Assembly (NCBI RefSeq): GCF_004010195.1
Contig: NC_057720.1
Coordinates: 2,818,343-2,882,342 of the forward strand
Direction: 5' to 3'
Length of the DNA stretch: 64,000 bases
Origin: Chiloscyllium plagiosum
Lineage: Eukaryota
The notes beneath the pieces were generated by a model. That model saw nothing but the letters and a program-made list of their open reading frames with translations. It was not told the origin of the DNA and did no database searches. The translations under genes were made by a program, and so were the position numbers. Below, in pieces: positions 38,068-50,000 of this stretch (positions are counted from its first letter, which is position 1; every line of letters begins with the position of its first letter).

Positions 38068-41000
38068 GCTGTTTCTCCCAGTAAACGCTATCTCACTCCC
38101 TCGTGATTTTAAAAATGTCTGTCAAATCTCTTCTCTGCCTTGTCCTCTCCAGAGAGAACAGTCCCAACTTCTCTGATCGATCCTCATCGCTGAAGTATCT
38201 TTCCAGGAGGCATAAAGAAAGTTTTGCTCAGGAAAGGTACAGGTTCATGGAGCCTGTTCCTGTGCTCTTCCTCCCAGGATCATATGTTTTGTATTATCTG
38301 CACAATTTGGAAATTTTAATAGTCTTGCGATAATGCAAGAAAGTTTTGCTCAGGAAACGTACAGGTTCATGGAGCCTGTTCCTGTGCTCTTCCTCCCAGT
38401 TTATGATCCTCCCATGTTTTGTATTATCTGCACAATTTGGAAATTTTAATAGTCTTGCGATAATGCCTCTAGGCCGCCATCTCTCCTTATTTACTGTATA
38501 CTTTCCTCTTGCATTCATCCTCCCAGAATGCATCACCTCACACATGCCTGGACTAAACTCCATCTGCCAGTTCTCTGCCTAACTTTTCAATGAATCCATA
38601 TCCTGCTGTATCCTTTGTCAATCTTCCTCAATATCCACAACTCCATCAACTTTAGTGTTGTCTGCAAACTTACCAGAGAGAAAGTGAGGGCTGCAGATGC
38701 TGGAGATCAGAGCTGAAAATGTGTTGCTGGAAAAGCGCAGCAGGTCAGGCAGCATCCAAGGAGCAGGAGAATCGACGTTTCGAGCATAAGACAGTTTCCT
38801 GAAGAAGGGCTTATGCCCGAAAGGTCGATTCTCCTGTTCCTTGGATGCTGCCTGACCTGCTGCGCTTTTCCAGCAACACATTTTCAGCTGCAAACTTACC
38901 AATCAGACCATCCATATTTTTATCCAAACTGTTTATGTATATTACAAACAGCAGAGGTCCCAGCACTGATCTTTGTGGAATAGACCCCCAGTGAGAAAAA
39001 CATCCCTCCACAACTACCCTCTGTCTTTATGACTGAGCCAATTTGTATCCAACTTACTAACTCCCTGTGGGTCCCATGGGGTTTGAATGTTGTTGAATGC
39101 TTTATTAAAGTCCATGTTGACAACATCCACTGCCTTAGCTTCATCAATCTCATTGTCACTTCCCCAAAAGAAAACTCAATCAAGTCCTCCCTGCACAAAG
39201 CCATGCTGACTATCCCTAATAAGTCCACTGTTCTCCAACTGAGAATCACTTGTCATTTGTTGTTGTCTAGGGTCTACCAGGACGGAGAGGATCACCAGGG
39301 TCACCAGGTGCCAAAGGGAGAAGGGTAAGTCAGATTGGAGACGGAGGAGCAATTCCTTTGTAACTCCGCCGTTGTCTAATCTCTCTGTTTGCCCCACTTT
39401 GGGAGAGTTTATAAGGTGCCGTGTTCTCTGAAGGCTGCAAGCCTGTTTCTGCTAGCGATTGGGTTGTTCTGATTTGTGAGGCATCAACAGCTTCCACTGC
39501 TTTGACAGCACAATGTATCCCTTCAGAAGAAGGAGGTGGGTGTGGTGCTGGATTAATTGTGAAGTTTATAGGGACACTGTGCTGCCCAACTGTCAGGGTC
39601 CACCTCTTGAGCTGTTGGGATGTGTTGGAGAGGCATGCAAGACACTAGATTTAACATCTGATCAGCTGCAGGAGTTGTCAGACAGGTTATATATTCACAC
39701 ATCAATCCAAGGTGGGACTCCATCCCAGATTTGTTTTCAGGGTTTGTGGCCTTCATTGCTGAATCCCCCACTGTCAACATCCTGGGGGTTACTGTTGACC
39801 AGAAAGTTGACTAGACTCACCACAAAAAATATAGTGGTCACAAGAGCAGGTCAGAGACTAGGAATCCTGCAGCGAGTAACTCACCTCCTGACTCCCCAAA
39901 GCCTGTCCCCCATCTACAGGGGCACAAGTCAGGAGTGTGATGGAATACTCCCCACTTGCCTGGATGGGGGCAGCTCCAACAACACTCAAGAAGCTCGACA
40001 CCATCCAGCACAAAGAAGCTCACACTTCCACCAATCAGCACTGTCCCCTCCTACAGGATAAGTATCGGTTGTCCAGTTTATTTGCATTCTTGAAAATGGT
40101 CCTGATAAGGATGAGAAACATTGACAAAATGTGAAGTTTTTTCAACAATATTCAAGCTTCTCTGGTTCGGTGATGGTGTCGTAGACAGCTTCATAGTGAA
40201 CTTTAAAAGAAAACACTTAGACCGAAAGTTTTTGAAACATTTCGATAATTAGGCCGGCCCTCAAAAACAAAGCTTAACTTGAGATGACTCCTCAACTACT
40301 CACAAATGAGAATATTTACCAGAATCGCCCGATGGTGATTCATCCATCCCAGGGAATCTGCTGCCTTTGTGAGAATCTGGATGCCAGAGTGATGCAGGTG
40401 GGAAAGATGGTGAAAATAAACTTAACATTTAATAAAGGCCAGATACAATGGTGATGGCAAAGTGTGCCTATACAGAGCATCCAATCCAGAGCAGCCATTA
40501 CAGAGCAGCCAATCCAGAGCAGCCAATACAGAGCAGCCAATCCAGAGCAGCCATTACAGAGCAGCCAATCCAGAACAGCCATTACAGAGCAGTATGTTCA
40601 CCACAAGGACTTCGGCATTGCCTAATCTCATTGATAAGAATCACACAATCAATTGTTAAGAGCAGCTGCTGAGTTTACAATGTGGATCTCAGAAGACACT
40701 GAGCAGTTTTTAACAAGACACGTTTTCATTGTTGTTAGGGACCAAGAGGGCCGGATGGATCTCCAGGAGAACCAGGGCCCCAAGGTAACAAGGTAATTAT
40801 TCACTTTCACTGAGTACAATTTGAGAATCAGTTTGGGTCCCTGAGCACACACTTTGCTGAAGTGCTCTGTGAACAAATCGAGTGGAAAACTGTTTGCTCA
40901 TTTGGCACATATACTTCCAACAAAAACAATTTTGATGAACTGGTGAAGTCCAGTGTTTCCATCCAGGCCACTGCTATGTGGCTGCTGTCTGAATGTCCTC

Positions 41001-44000
41001 ATTCTGTGCTCCTAACAACAGCCAGAGGCTGGACGTTCATGTTGCCATCGTGGAGTTAACGTACAATTCACAAGGTTAGCTGTGGGGCTGGACACACAAT
41101 TGTCACAATGGCTGAAAGTCTCTCCATCACTCCACACAGAGTCCCTGCAGTGTGAAAGCAAGCCATTCAGACTCCACCAGCTGAAGAGCATCCAACCTAC
41201 CCCTCGTTACCCTGCATTTCCCATGGCTAACACACCTAAACTACACATCGCTGAACACTATCAGCAATTTAGCTTGGCCAATCCACCCTAACCTGCACAT
41301 TTTTGGACTGTGGGAGGAAACCGGAGCACCCGGAGGAAACCCACACAGACACAGGGAGAATGTGCAAACTCCACACAGACAGTCGCCCGAGGCTGGAATG
41401 GAACCCGGGTCCCTGGTGCTGTGAGGCAGCAGTGCGAACCACTGTGCCATACCGGAAGTATTTGCTTATGATAACATTCCATAAAGATATGTTTGCTTTA
41501 CAGGGAGAAAGAGGTGACCTGGGCAAAAAAGGTGAACCTGGAGTTATTGTAAGTGTGAAAGGCTGATAAGATTTTGCAAAGAATCCCCCATTCCAGCCCC
41601 CGGCGGTCAACTCCAAATTCAACATCCGTTTTTTTTTAATTGCAGGGAAAAGCTGGGAATCCTGGAGAGCGGGGAGCACAGGGTCCCCTGGTGAGTATCA
41701 CTCAGTGTTAAATCTATTCATAAGAAGCAGAGAGACAGAGATTGCCATTTCTGTAGCCCCTTCAATAACTTCAGGAGACTCCCAGGTGTTTCACAGCCAG
41801 TGAAGAATGTTTGAATTACAGTCACTGCTGTCATGAATGGAGTATACACAGCAAGATCCCATAATCAGCAGTGTGATCATCACCAGGTGATGTGTTTTAG
41901 TGAGGCTGCCGATGGGTAGGTATTGACACAAGACACAATTGTGTTGCTTCTGTGTTCAGTTGTGCTTTTAAATTGTTTGCCTACAACAGAGAGATTAACA
42001 GAGCATTAACTTAATGTCAAATTTGAAAGATGGCACAGCTGACAGTGCAGCGCTCCTTCAATTCTGACCCTCCGACAGTGCGGCACTCCCTCGGCACTTA
42101 CCCTCCGACAGTGCGGCACTCCCTCGGCACTTACCCTCCGACAGTGCGGCACTGCCTCGGCACTTACCCTCCGACAGTGCGGCACTCCCTCGGCACTGAC
42201 CCTCCGACAGTGCGGCACTCCCTCGGCACTGACCCTCCGACTGTGCGGCACTCCCTCAGTACTGACCCTCTGGCAGTGCGGCACTCCCTCAGTACTGACC
42301 CTCTGGCAGTGCGGCACTCCCTCAGTACTGACGGCACTTACCCTCCGACAGTGCGGCACTCCCTCAGCACTGACCCTCTGACAATGCAGCACTCCCTTGG
42401 CACTTACCCTCCGACAGTGCGGCACTCCCTCGGCACTTACCCTCCGACAGTGCGGCACTCCCTCAGCACTGACCCTCCGACTGTGCGGCACTCCCTCGGC
42501 ACTGCCCCTCCGGCAGTGCGGCGACAGTGCGGCACTCCCTCGGCACTTACCCTCCGACAGTGCGGCACTCCCTCGGCACTTACCCTCCGACAGTGCGGCA
42601 CTCCCTCGGCACTTACCCTCCGACAGTGCGGCACTCCCTCAGCACTGACCCTCCGACTGTGCGGCACTCCCTCGGCACTGACCCTCCGGCAGTGCGGCAC
42701 TCCCTCGGTACTGACCCTCCGGCAGTGCGGCACTCCCTCAGTACTGACCCTCTGGCAGTGCGGTTCCCCCTCAGTACTGACCCTCTGGCCTGGCAGTGCG
42801 GTTCCCCCTCAGTACTGACCCTCTGGCAGTGCGGTTCCCCCTCAGTCCTGACCCTCTGGCAGTGCGGTTCCCCCTCAGTACTGACCCTCTGGCAGTGCGG
42901 TTCCCCCTCAGTACTGACCCACTGGCAGTGCGGTTCCCCCTCAGTACTGACCCTCTGGCAGTGCGGTTCCCCCTCAGTACTGACCCTCTGGCAGTGCGGT
43001 TCCCCCTCAGTATGACCCTCTGGCAGTGTGGTTCCCCCTCAGTAATCAACAGGACAAAGGGGAGTTAAAATTGGAAGTAGTAGAGGTTCCAAAAAGTCAC
43101 AAGGAGGTGGATTGAGAAATGAAGTGATGTGGTTTCAAAAATAGCGGCAGGGGAGATGATGGCCATGTGGTGTCCTTGCTGGGCTCGGGCTGTTGGTCTA
43201 GAGACTCCGATAATGTCCTGGGGTTCCAGGTTTGATTCCCACCAGAGACAATAGTGGAATTCGAAGTCAGTAAAAGCCTGGAATTTAAGTGTAATGATGA
43301 CCATGAATCCATTGTTGACTATCGGGTAAAACCCACCTGGTTCACTAATGCCCTTTAAGGAAGGAAACTGCCATCCTTACCTGGCCATGCCTCCATGTGG
43401 CTCCAGACCCACAGCAGTGAGGGAGAGTCCTTCTGGGATGGGTTATAAATGCAGGTGTCTCCAGACACACCCTCCTCCCATGAATGAATAAACTAAACAG
43501 CGATGGGTGGTGTTGATCTCAGATCTGTCTGCAATGTGAAATTATAAACAAGTAGAGGAAGGAGCAGTAATTGTTTAATGCCTAAATGCTGTTCATCTTC
43601 AGGAATAGCCACCTTCCTCAATGAGGAGAGTGATGTGGCCTCTAAGCTGTCAGAGTTTCTCAGCGTGCCTGTTAGGAAAGCTGGTAGAGACTTAAGCATT
43701 CCTAACTCTACCATTGGGTATTTTCCAACCCATGATGGGTTAATGAAAGCAAGAGAGGACATGAAATGATCTTGTCAAATTAGGTTTAGGAGAATCCTAA
43801 GGCATTCTACAGATACGTTAAAAACAAGTGGCTAACTGGGGAGAATGTAGAGCCACTCAAGGATAAAGGAGGGATCTTGTGCTTAGAGGCATAGGATGTG
43901 GGTGAGATCCTAAATGAGTACTTTATAACAGTATTCACCCAGGAGAAGGATATGGAGGATAGTGAGATTAGTGTGCAGCATGATAATATGCTGCAGGACT

Positions 44001-47000
44001 CTGAGATCAAGAAAGAAATGGTGTTGAGTGTCTTGAAGCGCATTAAGGTGGATAAGTCCCCAGGGCCTGATGGTATTTACCCCAGGTTGCTGAGAGAGGC
44101 AAGAGAGGAGATTGCTGGGGCCTTGACCAAGATCTTTGTATTCTCACTAGCCACGGGATAGGTCCCAGAGGATGGGACCTTGGCAAATGTTGTTCCTCTG
44201 TTCAAGAAGGGAAATGGGAATAATCCAGGGTCCAATAATCTGCTGAGTCTCACATTGATTATTAGGAAGCTATTGGAGAGAAATCTTAGTGATAGGACTG
44301 ACACACATTTGGAAGAGCATGATCTAATTAAGGAGAGTCAGCATGGCTTTGTGCAGGGCAGGACATGTCTTACTAACTTGGTTAAATTTTACAAGGAGGT
44401 GGCAAAGGTAATTGGTGTGGGTAGAGCAGTAGATATTGTCTGCATGGATTTTAGTAAGGCTTTCCACAAGGTCCCTCATGGTAGGCTCATCCAGAAGATT
44501 AAGATGCATGGGATCCACGGTGACCTGGCCGTGTGGATTCAGAATTGGCTTGCTCATAGAAGGCAGAGGGTAGAGGTGGAAAAGTGTTTCCCAGGCTGGA
44601 GGTGCATGACTAGTGGGATCCACACTGAGACCTCTGTTGTTTGTGTTATATATAAATATCTTAGATGAAAATTGTTGGATGAGTTAGTAAGTTTGCAGGC
44701 GATACAAAGATCGGTGGAGTTGTGGATAGTGTAGAAGGTTGTCAAAAGATACAGCAGGATATAAATCAGTGGCAGGTATGGGGGGGAGAAATGGCAAATG
44801 GAGTATAATCTGGGTGAGTGTGAGGAGTTGCACTTTGGGAGATCAAATGTTATGGAAAAGTATAAAGTCAATGGCAGGAGCCTGAACAGCATTGATGTAC
44901 AGAGGGATCTTGGGGTTCAAGTCCATCGCTCCCTGAAAGTGACCACGCAGGTAGATCGGGTGGTAAAGAAGGCGTGTGGCATGCTTGCTTTTATTGGTCG
45001 GGGAATTGAGTACAAAAGTCAGGATGTCATTTTGCAGCTTCATAAGACTTTGGTTCAGCCACGGTTAGAGTATTGTGTTCAGTTCTGGTTGCTACATTAC
45101 AGGAAGGATGTGGAGGCTTTGGAGAGGGTGCAGGAGAGGTGTACCAGGATGCTGCCTGGATTAGAGGGTATGAGCTATAAGGAGAGGCTAGAAAAACTCA
45201 GGTTGTTTTCTCTGGAGCAGCGGAAGCTGAGGGAGAATTGATAAAATGATAAGATGTATAGATAGATTGACAGTCAGAATCTTTTTCCCCAGAGTTGAAA
45301 TGTCTAAAACTAAGGAGCATGCATTGAAGATGAGAAGGGGCAAAGTTCAAAGGAGACATGAAGGGCAAGTTTTTACACAGAGTGGGAGGATGTGGAACAC
45401 ACCACCAGGGGTGGTGGTGAAGGCAAATACGATAGGGGCATTTAAGGGGCTCTTAGATAAAAAGATGATATGAAAAAAATGGAGGGATATGACACAAGGG
45501 CAGGCAGAAGGAATTTGTTTCATTTGGTGTTGTGATTGGTACAACATCATGGGCCAAAGGGCCTGAACTTGTTCCTGTGCTGTAATGTTCTATGTTCCCG
45601 AAGGGTCATTAGTCTGTGAGACTGCCTTCCCAAAAGAGCAGGGGTTGGGTGGGGGGGCGGCATGATCCCATTTAGGGTGATCTCCTTCATGAGACCAATA
45701 TGGGTTTGAGCCAAGTACTGGGCTATGATCATATGGCCACAAACCTCCTGGACTGTAGCTTGCAAGGCCCAGGTAGTGTCTGGAGTGTGCTCTGTGCTGC
45801 TGTATCAACGAAGCTGTAATCAACCCAACAGCAATCTTCCATTCAATGCAATCTGCATCCCTCCATATTTTTACATTTAGATAAAACCAGGATATCATCA
45901 CAAAGCCTGGGTGGTTTTCACTGTTTCAAGGTGGTGCTGTGCTTTTATTGATAAGGCAGTCACAAGTTGACGGGGGAGGGGCAGGGAGCATAGACAGGAC
46001 AGAGGAGTTGAGAACACAACCAAATCAGTCCCAGTCTCATTGGGTGGCAGGGACTGAGTGACTGACTTTGGAGGCCTGTGTTGTTCTGTCCCTCCCCTGT
46101 GATTGAAAGAAGGGCAGTTGCCCAAATGCCAATCTTCCGCCCTCTGAAACTGGCAGAACTGACCGTTGGTTACACTCTCTGGGCTTGTGCTGTTTACGAA
46201 ACACTGTCAGTCATGGTGAATAACTTTAACATCATTTTCAGAACTCACTAAGAAAATGGTGCATTAACATGGGTTTCTCTTTCCTCATTATTGGACTGAT
46301 GTAATCATTAGAACATAAACCATAGGAACACCAGGAGGCCATTCAGCCCATTAAGTCTGCTCCATCATTCAATGAGATCATAACTGATCTGATAATTCTC
46401 AACTCGACTTTCCTACCTTTCCCCCATAATCCTTGATTCTCTTCCTGATTCAATGCTGAGACATACATTTTTTAAGATACTCAATGACCCTGCCTCGACA
46501 GGGTCATAAAGCATTCCATAGATTCACTAACTAATGTTCGTACTCTTTTTCTTTCTAATATCCATTTCACAACCAACCCTCTCTCTCATTCTAATTTTCA
46601 AATTAAATTGTTAAATACAAAATTCATGCTAGGTCTGTGTGTCAGTTAGGACAACAGTGACTGGACTGTGAATGGACTCGATTATGTGAACTATACATTT
46701 TGATATCCTGAGATTTTGAAAGGTTTTGTAATAAATACATGTTATGTTGTTCATGGCACGGGACATAGCACATTGTTAGAGTATTTCCTGCCTTGCCTTT
46801 TATTCTGTAGTTCCCCTTATGTATTATTTTAAAAGTGAGTTGGAACTGGTTTCCAAAATCCGAGAGCACGTGTTAGTTTTCACCATTTGGATCTTGTTTC
46901 AGGGATTGACAGGACCTCCTGGGAGCACTGGAGAGATGGGACCTCCCGGAAAACCAGTTGAGTTACCTTCAGTTTCAGAGGCACACGAGTGAAAGGCTTC

Positions 47001-50000
47001 CTCAGTACATATGATCGGTGTCAGTACACTATCGGTGTCAGTACACTATCGGTGTCAGTACGCTGTAACAGTACACTATCGGTAACAGTACATTATTGGT
47101 AACAATACACTATCGGTGTCTGTACACTGTCACAGTACACTATCGGTGTCAGTACACTATCGGTGTCAGTACGCTGTAACAGTACACTATCGGTAACAGT
47201 ACATTATTGGTAACAATACACTATCGGTGTCAGTACACTATCGGTGTCAGTACACTATCGGTGTCAGTACACTGTAACAGTACACTATCGGTAACAGAAC
47301 ATTATCTGAATCAGCCGCCAACAGGAAACTTTCTCATGAACTGAAAGCAATTCTCGCAGTCACACGACACCAGGTTATTGTCACAGAGTCATAGAGATGT
47401 ACAGCACAGAAACAGATCCTTTGGGACCCAACTCATCCCCGACCAGATTACCTAAATTAATCTAATCCCATTTGCCAGCACTTGGCCCCTATCCCTCCAA
47501 ACCCTTCCTATTCATATACCCATCCAGATGCCTTTTAAATGTTGTAATTGTAACAGCCTCCACCACTTTCTCTGGCACTCATTCCACACACGCACCACAC
47601 CCTGTGAGAAAAAGTTGCTCCTTAGGTTTCTTTTGTATCTTTCCCTTCACCTTAAACCCATGCCCTCTACTTTTGGACTCACCCACCTTAGAGAAAAGAC
47701 CTTGTCTATTTACCCTATCCATGCCCCTCATGATTTTATAAACCTCTATAAGGTCACCCCTCAGCCTCCAACACTCCAGGGAAAACAGCCCCAGCCTATT
47801 CAGCCTCTCCCTATAGCTCAAATCCTCCAACCCTGGCAAAGTCCTTGTGAATGTCTTACATTTGAAATCACAAGCTTTCGGATTGTTGGAGGAGCAGCGC
47901 TGATTTCAAATAAACCTGTTGGTCCATAAGAACATAAGGACTAGGAGCAGGAGTAGGCCATCCGGCCCTCCGAGCCTGCTCCCCCATTCAATAAAATCAT
48001 GGCTAATCTTTTCGTGGACTCAGCCCCACTCACCACATTTTCACCATATCCCTTAATTCCTTTATTTTTCAAAGAAGTATCTATGTTAGCTTTAAAAGCA
48101 TCTACTGAAGTAGCGTCAACTACTTCCCTGGGCAAGGAGTTCCACAGATTCACAACCCTCTGGGTGAAGAAGTTCCTTCTCAGTTCAGTTCTAAACCTGC
48201 TCCCTCTAATCTTGAGGCTATACCCTCTTGTCCTAGTCTCACCTACCAATGGAAACCTCCTCTCTCCTTCTATCTTATCTATTCCCTTCATACCCCCTCC
48301 AGTGCCAGTACATCCTTTCTCAAGGAAGGAGACCAAATCTGCACACAGTACTCCAGGTATGGCCTCACCAGCTCCTTGTGCAGCTGCAACATAACCTCCC
48401 TGCTTTTAAACTCAATCCCTTTAGCAATGAAGGACAAAGTTCCATTTGCCTTCCTAATGACCTGTTGTACCTTCAGACCAACCTTGTGTGATTCATGCAC
48501 AAGGACACCCAGGTCCCTCTGCATAGCAGCATGCTGCAACTTTTTACCATTCAAGTAATAATCCTTTTACTGTTACTCCGACCAAAATGGATGACTTCAC
48601 ATTTGCTGACATTGTATTCCATCTGCCAGACCTTTGCTCACTCACTCAATGTATCTATGTTCCTTTGCAAAGTTTCACATCCTCTCCACACTTTGCTCTA
48701 CCACTCATCTTGGTGTCATCGGCAAATTTTGACACCATATACGTGGTCCCCAATCCATATAAATTGTGAATAATTGGGGTCCCAACATCAATCCCTAAGC
48801 ACACCATTAGTGCATGGGAAATCATGTCTCACAAACTTGATTGAGTTTTTTGAAGAAGTAACAAAGAAGGTTGATGAGGGCAGAGTGGTAGATGTGATCT
48901 ATATGGACTTCAGTAAGGCGTTCGACAAGGTTCCCCATGGGAGACTGATTAGCAAGGTTAGATCTCATGGAATACAGGGAGAACTAGCCATTTTGATACA
49001 GAACTGGCTTAAAGGTAGAAAACAGAGGGTGGTTGTGGAGGGTTGTTTTTCAAACTGGAGGCCTGTGACCAGTGGAGTGCCACAAGGATCGGTGCTGGAC
49101 CCTCTACTTTTTGTCATTTACATAAATGATTTGGATGCGAGCATAAGAGGTACAGTTAGTAAGTTTGCAGATGACACCAAAATTGGAGGTGTAGTGGACA
49201 GCGAAGAGGGTTACCTCAGATTACAATAAGACCTGCACCAGATGGGCCAATGGATTGAGAAGTGGCAGATGGAGTTTAATTCAGATAAATGCGAGATGCT
49301 GCATTTTGGGAAAGCAAATCTTAGCAGGACTTATACACTTAATGGTAAGGTCCTAGGGAGTGTTGCTGAACAAAGAGGCCTTGGAGTGCAGGTTCATAGC
49401 TCCTTGAAAGTGGAGTCGCAGGTAGATAGGATAGTGAAGAAGGAATTTGGTATGCTTTCCTTTATCGGTCAGAGTATTGAGTACAGGAGTTGGGAGGTTA
49501 TGTTGCGGCTGTACAGGACATTGGTCCTTGGATGCTACCTGATCTGCTGTGCTCTTCCAGCACCACTAATCCAGAATCTGGTTTCCAGCATCTGCAGTCA
49601 TTGTTTTTACTAGGACATTGGTTAGGCCACTGTTGGAATATTGTGTGCAATTCTGGTCTCCTTCCTATTGGAAAGATGTTGTGAAACTTGAAAAGGTTCA
49701 GAAAAGATTTATAAGGATGTTGCCAGGGTGGTACAATTGCAACATTTAAAAGGCATCTGGATGGATATATGAACAGGAAGGGTTTGGAGGGATATGGGCT
49801 GGGTGCTGGCAGGTGGGACTAGATTGGGTTGGGATATCTGGTCGGCATGGACAGGTTGGACCGAAGGGTCTGTTTCCACGCTGTACATCTCTATGACTCT
49901 ATGACTCTATTAGTCACTGATTGCCAGCCAGAACAGCACTCAGTTACCCCTACTCTTTGCTTCCTGTCAGTCAACCAATCCTCTATCCATACTAATACTC

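Noticed and set aside
40781..40790. Alternative donor CAAG|GTAACA inside exon G
   Set aside because: It would give a 46-bp exon and break the Gly-X-Y frame; the downstream donor gives 54 bp.
42068..43044. CRISPR-like array, or a Cys/His repeat protein from the 161-262 aa ORFs
   Set aside because: Units abut with no unique spacers, there are no cas genes and the context is a vertebrate intron. ORFs stay open on both strands only because the 33-bp unit is a multiple of 3 with few stops.
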